This document shows, piece after piece, positions 1 through 5,563 of a stretch of 5,806 bases of DNA (the stretch's first letter is position 1; each line of letters begins with the position of its first letter). The DNA is from a virus (Duplodnaviria; Heunggongvirae; Uroviricota; Caudoviricetes). The notes under the pieces were generated by a model. The model was not told where the DNA came from, made no database searches, and saw nothing but the letters and a program-made list of their open reading frames with translations. The stretch lies in IMG/VR virus record IMGVR_UViG_2541047441_000021, one strand, 5' to 3'. The translations under genes were made by a program, and so were the position numbers.

Positions 1-96
1 GAGGGATAGCAATCCCCCAATTTGAGGGATAGCAATCCCCCAATTTGAGGGATGTTTTATCCCTCGTTTTAGGGGATTTTCCCTCGTTTTGAGGGA
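1..96. repeat. ori iterons of the lambdoid replication origin, lying inside the O coding sequence: four full palindromic ~17-bp iterons (TCCCnnnnnnnnnGGGA type) at about 13-29, 36-52, 60-76, 80-96, plus a half iteron at 1-7
   Basis: Exact 23-bp tandem repeat gagggatagcaatcccccaattt at 1-23 and 24-46; repeated TCCC...GGGA palindromes; embedded in the O reading frame exactly as ori-lambda is embedded in O. Confidence 0.8.
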
Positions 97-445
97 TACA
101 CCATTCTGAGATGTTTTTATTTGGTCCAAACATGCCGCCTTGCTGCTTGATAATATTCATTCTGACGAGTTCTAACTTGGCTTCATTGCACCGTTTGACA
201 GGTAACTTTGTAATCTCGCTAAGTTGAGAATCGGTGATTCTGTCCATTGGTTTATTCCACCCATAGGTTTTACGCAGAATGGCAAGCAGCACTTTAAACT
301 GTCGCTTGGTCAGATCTGCGCCTGAATAAGCCTCAATCAGCATATTTGATAGTCTGGCGTAACCATCATCGAGATCTGCCACATTACGCTCCTGTTCGGC
401 AAAGTTACCTCTGCCGAAGTTGAGTATTTTTGCTGTATTTGTCAT
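1..445 (-). CDS. O: Replication initiation protein O, N-terminal part (gene runs off the left edge of the window)
   Basis: Minus-strand ATG at 445-443; translation MTNTAKILNFGRGNFAEQERNVADLDDGYARLSNMLIEAYSGADLTKRQFKVLLAILRKTYGWNKPMDRITDSQLSEITKLPVKRCNEAKLELVRMNIIKQQGGMFGPNKNISEWCIPQNEGKSPKTRDK... matches my recollection of lambda O; iterons inside the frame. Confidence 0.9.
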   Translation of the reverse strand, partial: MTNTAKILNFGRGNFAEQERNVADLDDGYARLSNMLIEAYSGADLTKRQFKVLLAILRKTYGWNKPMDRITDSQLSEITKLPVKRCNEAKLELVRMNIIKQQGGMFGPNKNISEWCIPQNEGKSPKTRDKTSLKLGDCYPSNWGIAIP

Positions 446-456
446 AATGACTCCTG

Positions 457-532
457 TGGATTGATCCAGTAATTCCCTCAGAATTGCATATCAATTTGCT
501 TAGAGTCCCCGGCGGCCACCGGGGATTTTTTC
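457..532 (+). ncRNA. oop: oop-like antisense RNA, overlapping the 3' end of cII and ending at an intrinsic terminator (hairpin 507-524 ccccggcggccaccgggg, then T-tract 526-532)
   Basis: Plus-strand sequence ggattgatccagtaat...cccggcggccaccggggattttttc resembles lambda oop RNA as I recall it (GUUGAUAGAUCCAGUAAU...GCCGCCGGGCGUUUUUU); antisense to the cII 3' end as in lambda; possible pO -10 cataat at 443-448. Exact 5' end is uncertain. Confidence 0.6.
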
Positions 533-774
533 TTTGTGATTCCATCCAATGCATACTTAAAAGCCCTGCTAATCGGACTGATGTCTGATGCCATTCCGAA
601 AGCACACAAGACCGAAGCAATAAACCGCCAGTCCGTTCTGCTTATCTTCGATTCATGACAGCCAATCATCTTTGCCAGACCGCGCTGGGTAAGCGTTGAC
701 AGGTTGATGAGTAAATCAGTTTCAGCGCGATCAATTTCTCGCTGTGTTGGCTTGCTGTAGCTTGCTTGTGCCAT
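478..774 (-). CDS. cII: CII-family transcriptional activator (lysogeny establishment)
   Basis: 98-aa ORF; C-terminus ...KKKSPVAAGDSKQIDMQF parallels lambda CII ...NKKRPAATERSEQIQMEF; position between cro and O; TTGC-N6-TTGC lies in codons 3-7 on the opposite strand as in lambda. Confidence 0.8.
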   Translation of the reverse strand: MAQASYSKPTQREIDRAETDLLINLSTLTQRGLAKMIGCHESKISRTDWRFIASVLCAFGMASDISPISRAFKYALDGITKKKSPVAAGDSKQIDMQF

Positions 775-781
775 TTGTTAA
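752..781 (+). promoter_or_regulatory. pRE-like CII-dependent promoter: CII binding motif TTGC-N6-TTGC at 752-765, weak -10 around 775-780, reading toward cro antisense and cI
   Basis: ttgc tgtagc ttgc seen directly at 752-765 on the plus strand inside the 5' end of cII, the same arrangement as lambda pRE. Confidence 0.6.
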
Positions 782-842
782 TTTTCCTATATTGATATTG
801 AGTTATAGCGGCACACCCAATGGATTTGCCGCTGATGTTTGC

Positions 843-880
843 TCACCCGGTTAGAGGTGAAAGGCCATGATGAAAGAGCG
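843..880 (-). promoter_or_regulatory. nutR-like site: boxA-like CGCTCTTTCA (plus 871-880) and boxB-like hairpin (plus 843-860) in the cro-cII intergenic transcript
   Basis: Minus strand reads cCGCTCTTTCAtcatggcctttCACCtctaaccgGGTGag; the loop shares CUAACC with the nutL boxB at 3208-3227. Confidence 0.45.
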
Positions 881-888
881 GGTACTGC

Positions 889-1107
889 TTAGGCGGCTTT
901 GTTACTGGATGGAGGGAAAACATCATCCAAAGAACATTGGCACCCTAACTTCCTGAGGCCTTCTACGATCATTCGGCAATCGTTAAGGCCAGGAGTACGG
1001 ATATTCAGCTCATAGTTGGCGATGCGGGATTGCCCCCAACCAATTGCCGAAGCTAGTACAGCTTGCGAAACTCCGATTTTTTTTCGCTGCTGGGCAATTT
1101 TGTTCAT
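889..1107 (-). CDS. cro: Cro-like HTH repressor (XRE/Cro family)
   Basis: 72 aa from the ATG at 1107-1105, preceded by GGGAGA (revcomp of 1111-1116); sequence MNKIAQQRKKIGVSQAVLASAIGWGQSRIANYELNIRTPGLNDCRMIVEGLRKLGCQCSLDDVF..NKAA has an HTH pattern; divergent from cI across an operator region. The ORF track's longer start at 1146 would overlap the operators. Confidence 0.75.
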   Translation of the reverse strand: MNKIAQQRKKIGVSQAVLASAIGWGQSRIANYELNIRTPGLNDCRMIVEGLRKLGCQCSLDDVFPPSSNKAA

Positions 1108-1215
1108 TGCGGTCTCCCTAGCATTAATCACACACCCATTACACACAATTTGTGATTAACAGTCAACCTCAATTCGTGTACAGAGTTCAATCACGTTGCG
1201 TGTTACATTTAAGGG
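1108..1215. promoter_or_regulatory. OR region: divergent pR (minus strand, -35 TTGACT = revcomp of 1161-1166, -10 TGTAAT = revcomp of 1138-1143, 17-bp spacer) and pRM, with operator-like imperfect palindromes built on ATCACA/TGTGAT half-sites (about 1124-1140, 1143-1159, 1188-1205)
   Basis: Sequence ttaatcacacacccattacacacaatttgtgattaac and caatcacgttgcgtgttacat lies between divergent cro and cI; the same half-sites recur in OL (3096-3137). Confidence 0.55.
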
Positions 1216-1863
1216 ATGAAAACGATGCATGAAATTATCGGGGAAAGGATCAAGTCCCTTAGAGAAGCTAAAGGACTTAGCCAGGCTCAATTGGCCAAGC
1301 TTTGCGGCTGGGCTGCGCCTTCACGCCTGGGGAACTACGAGTTAGGAACAAGAAAGGTTAGCGCGGATGACGCGCTGGTTCTTGGGGCGGCACTCGGCGT
1401 ATCTCCGGCAAAAATAATGTTTGGCGAGGATTCAGACGCCGTATTTCGCCAATATGAATACCCGTTATTTTCTTCAGTGCAGGCCGGGCCATTTTCGGAG
1501 GTGGGAAGCTACACAGCCAGCGATGCAAAGGCATGGGTCCCAACGACCACAAAAGCCAGCGAAAAAGCTTTCTGGCTTGAGGTGAAGGGGCATTCAATGA
1601 CGGCGCCTCAGGGGGTTCGTCCAAGTTTTCCGGAAGGCATGCTGATACTCGTTGATCCGGCTGAGCCGGTAGAGTCTGGGGATTTCTGCGTGGCTTCTGC
1701 AAATGGTGATTCAGAGGCAACGTTCAAGAAGTATGAGAAGGATGCAGGGGTTAGTTACCTGGTACCTTTAAACCCGGCATATAGAACCCTGGATTGCGAC
1801 CATAGCTGCCGCATCATAGGCAAGGTAGTTAAGGCGCAGTGGCCTGAAGAGACGTTTGGCTGA
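1216..1863 (+). CDS. cI: CI repressor: N-terminal HTH DNA-binding domain plus C-terminal LexA/S24-like autocleavage domain
   Basis: 215-aa ORF; HTH region [24 protein letters not shown]; Ala-Gly cleavage-type site in SSVQAGPF; catalytic Ser in KGHSMTAP and Lys in ATFKKYE. The true start may be the ATG at 1225 (AAGGGA at 1211-1216 with better spacing). Confidence 0.9.
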   Translation: MKTMHEIIGERIKSLREAKGLSQAQLAKLCGWAAPSRLGNYELGTRKVSADDALVLGAALGVSPAKIMFGEDSDAVFRQYEYPLFSSVQAGPFSEVGSYTASDAKAWVPTTTKASEKAFWLEVKGHSMTAPQGVRPSFPEGMLILVDPAEPVESGDFCVASANGDSEATFKKYEKDAGVSYLVPLNPAYRTLDCDHSCRIIGKVVKAQWPEETFG

Positions 1864-1985
1864 TCGGCAAGGTGTTCTGGTCGGCGCATAGCTGGTAATC
1901 CAACTTTTCCCTGTTCTTTTTATGCAAATTAATCTAATGAAATTGAAAAGATTTTTACCTATTTTGTTGGTTCAGGAGAACATAA

Positions 1986-2267
1986 ATGAGCGATAAACAA
2001 GAAGTTTCCTTAGCACATATCAATGATGTGCTGGAGTCCAAAAATTATATTGAAACTAATGCTGATGGGGTTGTAACCATCGGAACGGATAACAATGGCT
2101 ACGAAGTTTTTAACTTCGTTTTTCTCAATAGCACCCCTGTCATCGGCCATATGAATGGCGAAATCGCAGTGGCAGGAATGCAGCGCACTAAGGTTGCGTC
2201 CGTGACTTTAAGTAAACAGAAGGCCTTCGATTTCTATCAGTCCTTGAAAAGCATGTTCGAGGAATAA
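1986..2267 (+). CDS. Hypothetical small acidic soluble protein (93 aa); first gene of the accessory cassette downstream of cI
   Basis: ORF with RBS AGGAG at 1974-1978 seven nt before the ATG; AT-rich relative to cI; no family recognised by eye. Confidence 0.6.
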   Translation: MSDKQEVSLAHINDVLESKNYIETNADGVVTIGTDNNGYEVFNFVFLNSTPVIGHMNGEIAVAGMQRTKVASVTLSKQKAFDFYQSLKSMFEE

Positions 2268-2273
2268 AAGCTG

Positions 2274-2825
2274 ATGAATGCAGCTCAATCATCTTTGGAT
2301 GAGGGAAAGCTAGTAATTGCTTACTCTGATAAGAATGGCTCTACAGTAGGGCTGGAATTTTCTTCTGTAGCATCAAGCCAAGCAACGCTCTTGATGAAAG
2401 CTTGTTCTGTTGCTGCTTCAGATAAAGAAAAACGGATTGTCACATCGGTTGTGATGGATGATACTGAGATCATTCAAACAACAAGTGATGATGGAGGCGA
2501 CGACATGGATAAGCGATTAGCAGTTCTTGAAGCTGAAGTTGCGCACATCAAGAGCAGCATGGCAGGAATTAAAGAGGATACCCGGAAAATATCTTCTGAT
2601 TCTACTGACGCCAAAAGAGACACCGCTGTACTTTTACAGAAGAGCCTGGATTTTGATGCTTCATTATCTAAGAAACCATCGGTTGACTACTTTGAAGCTA
2701 AATTTTCCGCTTTGGAAACCAAGATAGCAGATGTAAAAGTATGGATGCTCGGGGTTCTCTTGGCCTCGCTTGCTATGCCAACTATATTTTTCCTAATAAA
2801 CTTGTACCTTAAGAAAGGTCAGTAA
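2274..2825 (+). CDS. Hypothetical coiled-coil protein with a single C-terminal transmembrane anchor (183 aa); second gene of the accessory cassette
   Basis: Starts 6 nt after the upstream stop, so probably translationally coupled; acidic linker TTSDDGGDDMD; heptad-like segment KRLAVLEAEVAHIKSSMAGIKEDTRK; hydrophobic C-terminus VWMLGVLLASLAMPTIFFLINLYL followed by KKGQ; followed by an intrinsic terminator. Confidence 0.65.
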   Translation: MNAAQSSLDEGKLVIAYSDKNGSTVGLEFSSVASSQATLLMKACSVAASDKEKRIVTSVVMDDTEIIQTTSDDGGDDMDKRLAVLEAEVAHIKSSMAGIKEDTRKISSDSTDAKRDTAVLLQKSLDFDASLSKKPSVDYFEAKFSALETKIADVKVWMLGVLLASLAMPTIFFLINLYLKKGQ

Positions 2826-2834
2826 TTTAGCAAA

Positions 2835-2858
2835 TCCGGCCACCGAGCCGGGTTTTTT
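2835..2858 (+). terminator. Intrinsic terminator ending the cI-cassette transcription unit
   Basis: GC hairpin CCGGC-caccga-GCCGG (2836-2851) followed by TTTTTT (2853-2858), 10 nt after the stop of the 183-aa gene. Confidence 0.7.
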
Positions 2859-3069
2859 ATTGCCCGCCGATCACTATCAGGACAGCACCTGCCCGCCGGT
2901 CCAAACTATTGATTAAATTACTATAATTCTTAATACAACTCCCATATCCCGCCATCTCGCCACCACCCCATTCGCTCGTTTTTCGAACTTTTCAGCACCC
3001 ATCCTGCTGTTGCCACCGACTTAAGTAAGCAAAACCATCGCGGGTAAAACTATTTACACAAAAAAATCA

Positions 3070-3139
3070 TACACATAACGTGTCACACCTTTATTTTACA
3101 CATTTTGTGATTGACCATTAAATCACAATATGTGACTAT
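3070..3139 (+). promoter_or_regulatory. OL/pL: -35 TTGACC (3111-3116), 17-bp spacer, -10 GACTAT (3134-3139); operator-like palindromes at about 3070-3088, 3096-3112 (TTACACATTTTGTGATT) and 3121-3137 (AATCACAATATGTGACT)
   Basis: Consensus-like sigma-70 elements seen directly, interleaved with the same ATCACA/TGTGAT half-sites as OR; located upstream of nutL and N. Confidence 0.65.
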
Positions 3140-3187
3140 CATTTCCATCAGCAGGACGCTGAGACGCCACAAGGAACAGATTGGCAG

Positions 3188-3227
3188 GCTCTTTAACATC
3201 GACGAACTCTCAACCTAACCGTTGAGA
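3188..3227 (+). promoter_or_regulatory. nutL: boxA (GCTCTTTAACA, 3188-3198) and boxB hairpin (TCTCAAC-ctaacc-GTTGAGA, 3208-3227)
   Basis: boxA consensus-like sequence and a perfect 7-bp stem hairpin in the N leader; I recall this boxB as the phage-21 type. Confidence 0.7.
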
Positions 3228-3337
3228 CCAGAACTTGAGTGGTTTTGGGGATGGCGCGAATTGCAGCTGCAAGACAGCGATCGAGAAGATAAACACCTCG
3301 ACGCGTCATGCGCCAAAGCCACTTAAAGGAGACCATC

Positions 3338-3610
3338 ATGGTAACCATTGTCTGGAAAGAATCCAAAGGTACGGCAAAAAGCCGCTACAAAGCTCGCAGA
3401 GCAGAACTTATTGCCGAGCGACGCAGTAATGAAGCACTGGCGCGAAAAATTGCGCTAAAGCTCTCTGGTTGCGTCAGAGCAGACAAAGCAGCATCACTCG
3501 GAAGCCTTCGCTGCAAGAAGGCAGATGAATGCAGTGGAAGTATTTGCCTGCCAAACGTAGCCATTTACGCGGCAGGCTACCGGAAATCAAAACAACTGAC
3601 GGCGAGATGA
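3338..3610 (+). CDS. N: N-family transcription antitermination protein (phage-21-type arginine-rich motif)
   Basis: ATG at 3338 with RBS AAGGAG at 3326-3331; N-terminal MVTIVWKESKGTAKSRYKARRAELIAERR is an arginine-rich boxB-binding motif that I recall as the phage 21 N peptide; downstream of pL/nutL. The ORF track's start at 3308 lacks an RBS. Confidence 0.85.
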   Translation: MVTIVWKESKGTAKSRYKARRAELIAERRSNEALARKIALKLSGCVRADKAASLGSLRCKKADECSGSICLPNVAIYAAGYRKSKQLTAR

Positions 3611-3626
3611 TAAATTAATTTGCTAA

Positions 3627-4208
3627 TTACTTGTTTTTGCCATGCTTATCCTGAGCGATAAGTTCATCCATAAGACTGTCTTTCTTCCCAGCAAACCTAA
3701 TGTAGCACTCATTTCTATAGCGTTCCGGGATAACAAAACGGTCGATTTCAGGATATCCAGTAGCAGAAGGTACCCGAATAAGAAGCCCTTTTTCGAGCAA
3801 TGAGATTGCTTCAGGGCTTCCCTTTTCTGTCTTTAGCTGGTTATTAGCGGCTACAGCGAATGCCAAATACGCTCTTTCTCCAAGAGTTAACGAATCAAAC
3901 AAATCTTGCACGTATTTCTCTTCTTTAGATTTGCGCTTCTGAGCAGCGAATATCTCAATTCTTTCAGTCACAGCGTGATAAGCGGAATTAACAACGCCGT
4001 TAAGCACATAGCTAACGCAAAACAACAGGATGTAATACATCCAGTAATGAGGAAGGATTTCTGGATTATGCAGGTTTATCCATTCTTTTACGCTTACAGG
4101 CATAACAATAATCAATATAATCAGGATGATTAGCATATGAATCAACTGTTTAAGTGTCATTCCTTGCAGGAAAAAATGCATTAGTTCCTGCCACCATGAG
4201 TTGTTCAT
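3627..4208 (-). CDS. sieB: SieB-like superinfection exclusion membrane protein (convergent with N)
   Basis: 193-aa ORF; N-terminal hydrophobic segments (LIHMLIILIILIIVMPV, YWMYYILLFCVSYVL); size, position between N and ea10, and orientation opposite to the pL operon all match lambda sieB as I recall it. Confidence 0.7.
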   Translation of the reverse strand: MNNSWWQELMHFFLQGMTLKQLIHMLIILIILIIVMPVSVKEWINLHNPEILPHYWMYYILLFCVSYVLNGVVNSAYHAVTERIEIFAAQKRKSKEEKYVQDLFDSLTLGERAYLAFAVAANNQLKTEKGSPEAISLLEKGLLIRVPSATGYPEIDRFVIPERYRNECYIRFAGKKDSLMDELIAQDKHGKNK

Positions 4209-4224
4209 CGGCGTTTCTCTTTTG

Positions 4225-4278
4225 CTCTCTGTAGGGGTGAATAGAGTTTATCCGATTTCTCGCTGTAGGGGTACACGA
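4225..4278. repeat. Direct repeat CTC(n)CTGTAGGGGT(G/A) (4225-4240 and 4257-4278) just upstream of the sieB start
   Basis: ctctctgtaggggtga and tctcgctgtaggggtaca seen directly, about 34 bp apart. Confidence 0.5.
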
Positions 4279-4332
4279 GAACCACCGAGCCTGATGTGGT
4301 TAAAAGACAGGCATACTAATAAACACTGCACT

Positions 4333-4360
4333 GTGTATTCATTCCAACGAGTGAATACAC
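4333..4360. repeat. Perfect 9-bp inverted repeat GTGTATTCA-N10-TGAATACAC (stem-loop or dimeric protein-binding site)
   Basis: Seen directly at 4333-4341 and 4352-4360. Confidence 0.55.
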
Positions 4361-4422
4361 TGAGCAATGTCGCTCGTAACTAAACAGGAGCCGACTTGTT
4401 CTGATTATTGGAAATCTTCTTT

Positions 4423-4449
4423 GCCCTCCAATGTGAGGGCGATTTTTTA
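4423..4449 (+). terminator. Intrinsic terminator on the pL-direction strand upstream of ea10 (tL2-like)
   Basis: Hairpin GCCCTC-caatgt-GAGGGC (4423-4440) followed by gATTTTTTAT. Confidence 0.65.
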
Positions 4450-4468
4450 TCTGTGAGGATATGAACAG

Positions 4469-4837
4469 ATGTCAAACATCAAAAAATACATCATTGATTA
4501 CGACTGGAAAGCATCAATAGAAATTGAAATCGACCATGACGTAATGACAGAGGAAAAACTTCACCAGATTAATAATTTCTGGTCAGACTCTGAATACCGA
4601 CTCAATAAACACGGCTCTGTATTAAATGCTGTATTAATCATGCTGGCGCAACATGCTCTGCTTATAGCAATTTCAAGCGACTTAAATGCATATGGTGTTG
4701 TGTGTGAGTTCGACTGGAATGATGGAAATGGTCAGGAAGGATGGCCTTCAATGGATGGTAGCGAAGGAATAAGAATTACCGATATCGATACATCAGGAAT
4801 ATTTGATTCAGATGATATGACTATCAAGGCCGCCTGA
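4469..4837 (+). CDS. ea10: Ea10-like protein (lambda early-left gene; putative ssDNA-binding function)
   Basis: 122-aa ORF, the size I recall for lambda Ea10; RBS GAGGA 9 nt upstream; immediately upstream of cIII as in lambda. The protein sequence itself is not recalled, so identity rests on size and synteny. Confidence 0.6.
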   Translation: MSNIKKYIIDYDWKASIEIEIDHDVMTEEKLHQINNFWSDSEYRLNKHGSVLNAVLIMLAQHALLIAISSDLNAYGVVCEFDWNDGNGQEGWPSMDGSEGIRITDIDTSGIFDSDDMTIKAA

Positions 4838-4909
4838 GTGCGGCTTTACCGCATACCAATAACGCTTCACTCGAGGCGTTTTTCGTTATGTATAAATAAG
4901 GAGCACACC

Positions 4910-5074
4910 ATGCAATATGCCATTGCAGGGTGGCCTGTTGCTGGCTGCCCTTCCGAATCTTTACTTGAACGAATCACCCGTAAATTACGTGACGGATGGA
5001 AACGCCTTATCGACATACCTAATCAGCCAGGAGTCCCAAAGAATGGATCAAACACTTATGGCTATCCAGACTAA
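4910..5074 (+). CDS. cIII: CIII, inhibitor of FtsH-mediated CII degradation
   Basis: Translation [54 protein letters not shown] (54 aa) matches lambda CIII as I recall it; RBS AAGGAG at 4898-4903. The ORF-track start at 4838 is an upstream in-frame extension. Confidence 0.95.
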   Translation: MQYAIAGWPVAGCPSESLLERITRKLRDGWKRLIDIPNQPGVPKNGSNTYGYPD

Positions 5075-5186
5075 ATTCACTATCGCCACTTTTATTGGCG
5101 ATGAAAAGATGTTTCGTGAAGCTGTCGACGCTTATAAAAAATGGATATTAATGCTGAAACTGAGATCAAGCAAAAGCATTCACTAA
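5043..5186 (+). CDS. kil: Kil, host-killing/FtsZ-inhibiting small protein; overlaps the 3' end of cIII
   Basis: Translation [47 protein letters not shown] (47 aa) matches lambda Kil as I recall it; 32-nt overlap with cIII as in lambda. Confidence 0.9.
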   Translation: MDQTLMAIQTKFTIATFIGDEKMFREAVDAYKKWILMLKLRSSKSIH

Positions 5187-5261
5187 CCCCATTTCCTGTT
5201 TTCCTAATCAGCCTGGCATTTCGCGGGCGATATTTTCACAGCCATTTTCAGGAGTTCAGCC

Positions 5262-5558
5262 ATGAACGCTTATTACATTCAGGATCGTCTTGAGGCTCAG
5301 AGCTGGGCGCGTCACTACCAGCAGATCGCCCGTGAAGAGAAAGAGGCAGAACTGGCAGACGACATGGAAAAAGGCCTGCCCCAGCACCTGTTTGAATCGC
5401 TATGCATCGATCATTTGCAACGCCACGGGGCCAGCAAAAAAGCCATTACCCGTGCGTTTGATGACGATGTTGAGTTTCAGGAACGCATGGCAGAACACAT
5501 CCGGTACATGGTTGAAACCATTGCTCACCACCAGGTTGATATTGATTCAGAGGTATAA
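5262..5558 (+). CDS. gam: Gam (short form), RecBCD inhibitor
   Basis: 98-aa translation [98 protein letters not shown] is near-identical to lambda GamS as I recall it; RBS CAGGAG. Confidence 0.95.
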   Translation: MNAYYIQDRLEAQSWARHYQQIAREEKEAELADDMEKGLPQHLFESLCIDHLQRHGASKKAITRAFDDDVEFQERMAEHIRYMVETIAHHQVDIDSEV

Positions 5559-5563
5559 AACGG

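Noticed and set aside
1-110. Possible CRISPR array or IS terminal repeats
   Set aside because: The repeats are palindromic iterons inside the O coding sequence (ori), with no spacer-like unique sequences and no adjacent cas or transposase genes.
405-620. 71-aa ORF on the minus strand
   Set aside because: Overlaps the O start and the cII 3' end in a different frame; no RBS; the region is explained by O, cII and oop.
889-1146. Longer 85-aa version of the cro ORF starting at 1146
   Set aside because: The extension would run through the pR -10 and operator sequences; the internal ATG at 1107 has a good GGGAGA RBS and gives a typical 72-aa Cro.
1358-1720. 120-aa ORF antisense to cI
   Set aside because: Lies entirely inside the well-supported cI gene on the opposite strand; Pro/Arg-rich low-complexity translation typical of antisense frames.
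2527-2727. 66-aa ORF inside gene B in another frame
   Set aside because: Same-strand overlapping frame within the longer, better-supported 183-aa ORF; no independent RBS.
3235-3429. 64-aa ORF and the ATG at 3308 as the N start
   Set aside because: These overlap the N leader; the ATG at 3338 has a canonical AAGGAG RBS and begins directly at the N-type N-terminus.
3611-3626. Bidirectional terminator between the convergent N and sieB genes
   Set aside because: Only a 16-bp AT-rich gap with no stable GC hairpin; no supported terminator here.
3906-4133. 75-aa ORF antisense to sieB
   Set aside because: Lies inside sieB on the opposite strand; no supporting signals.
4201-4383. 60-aa ORF as a possible ral homolog
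   Set aside because: Overlaps the sieB start codon, has no RBS, and the translation does not resemble what I recall of Ral; the region looks non-coding and structured.
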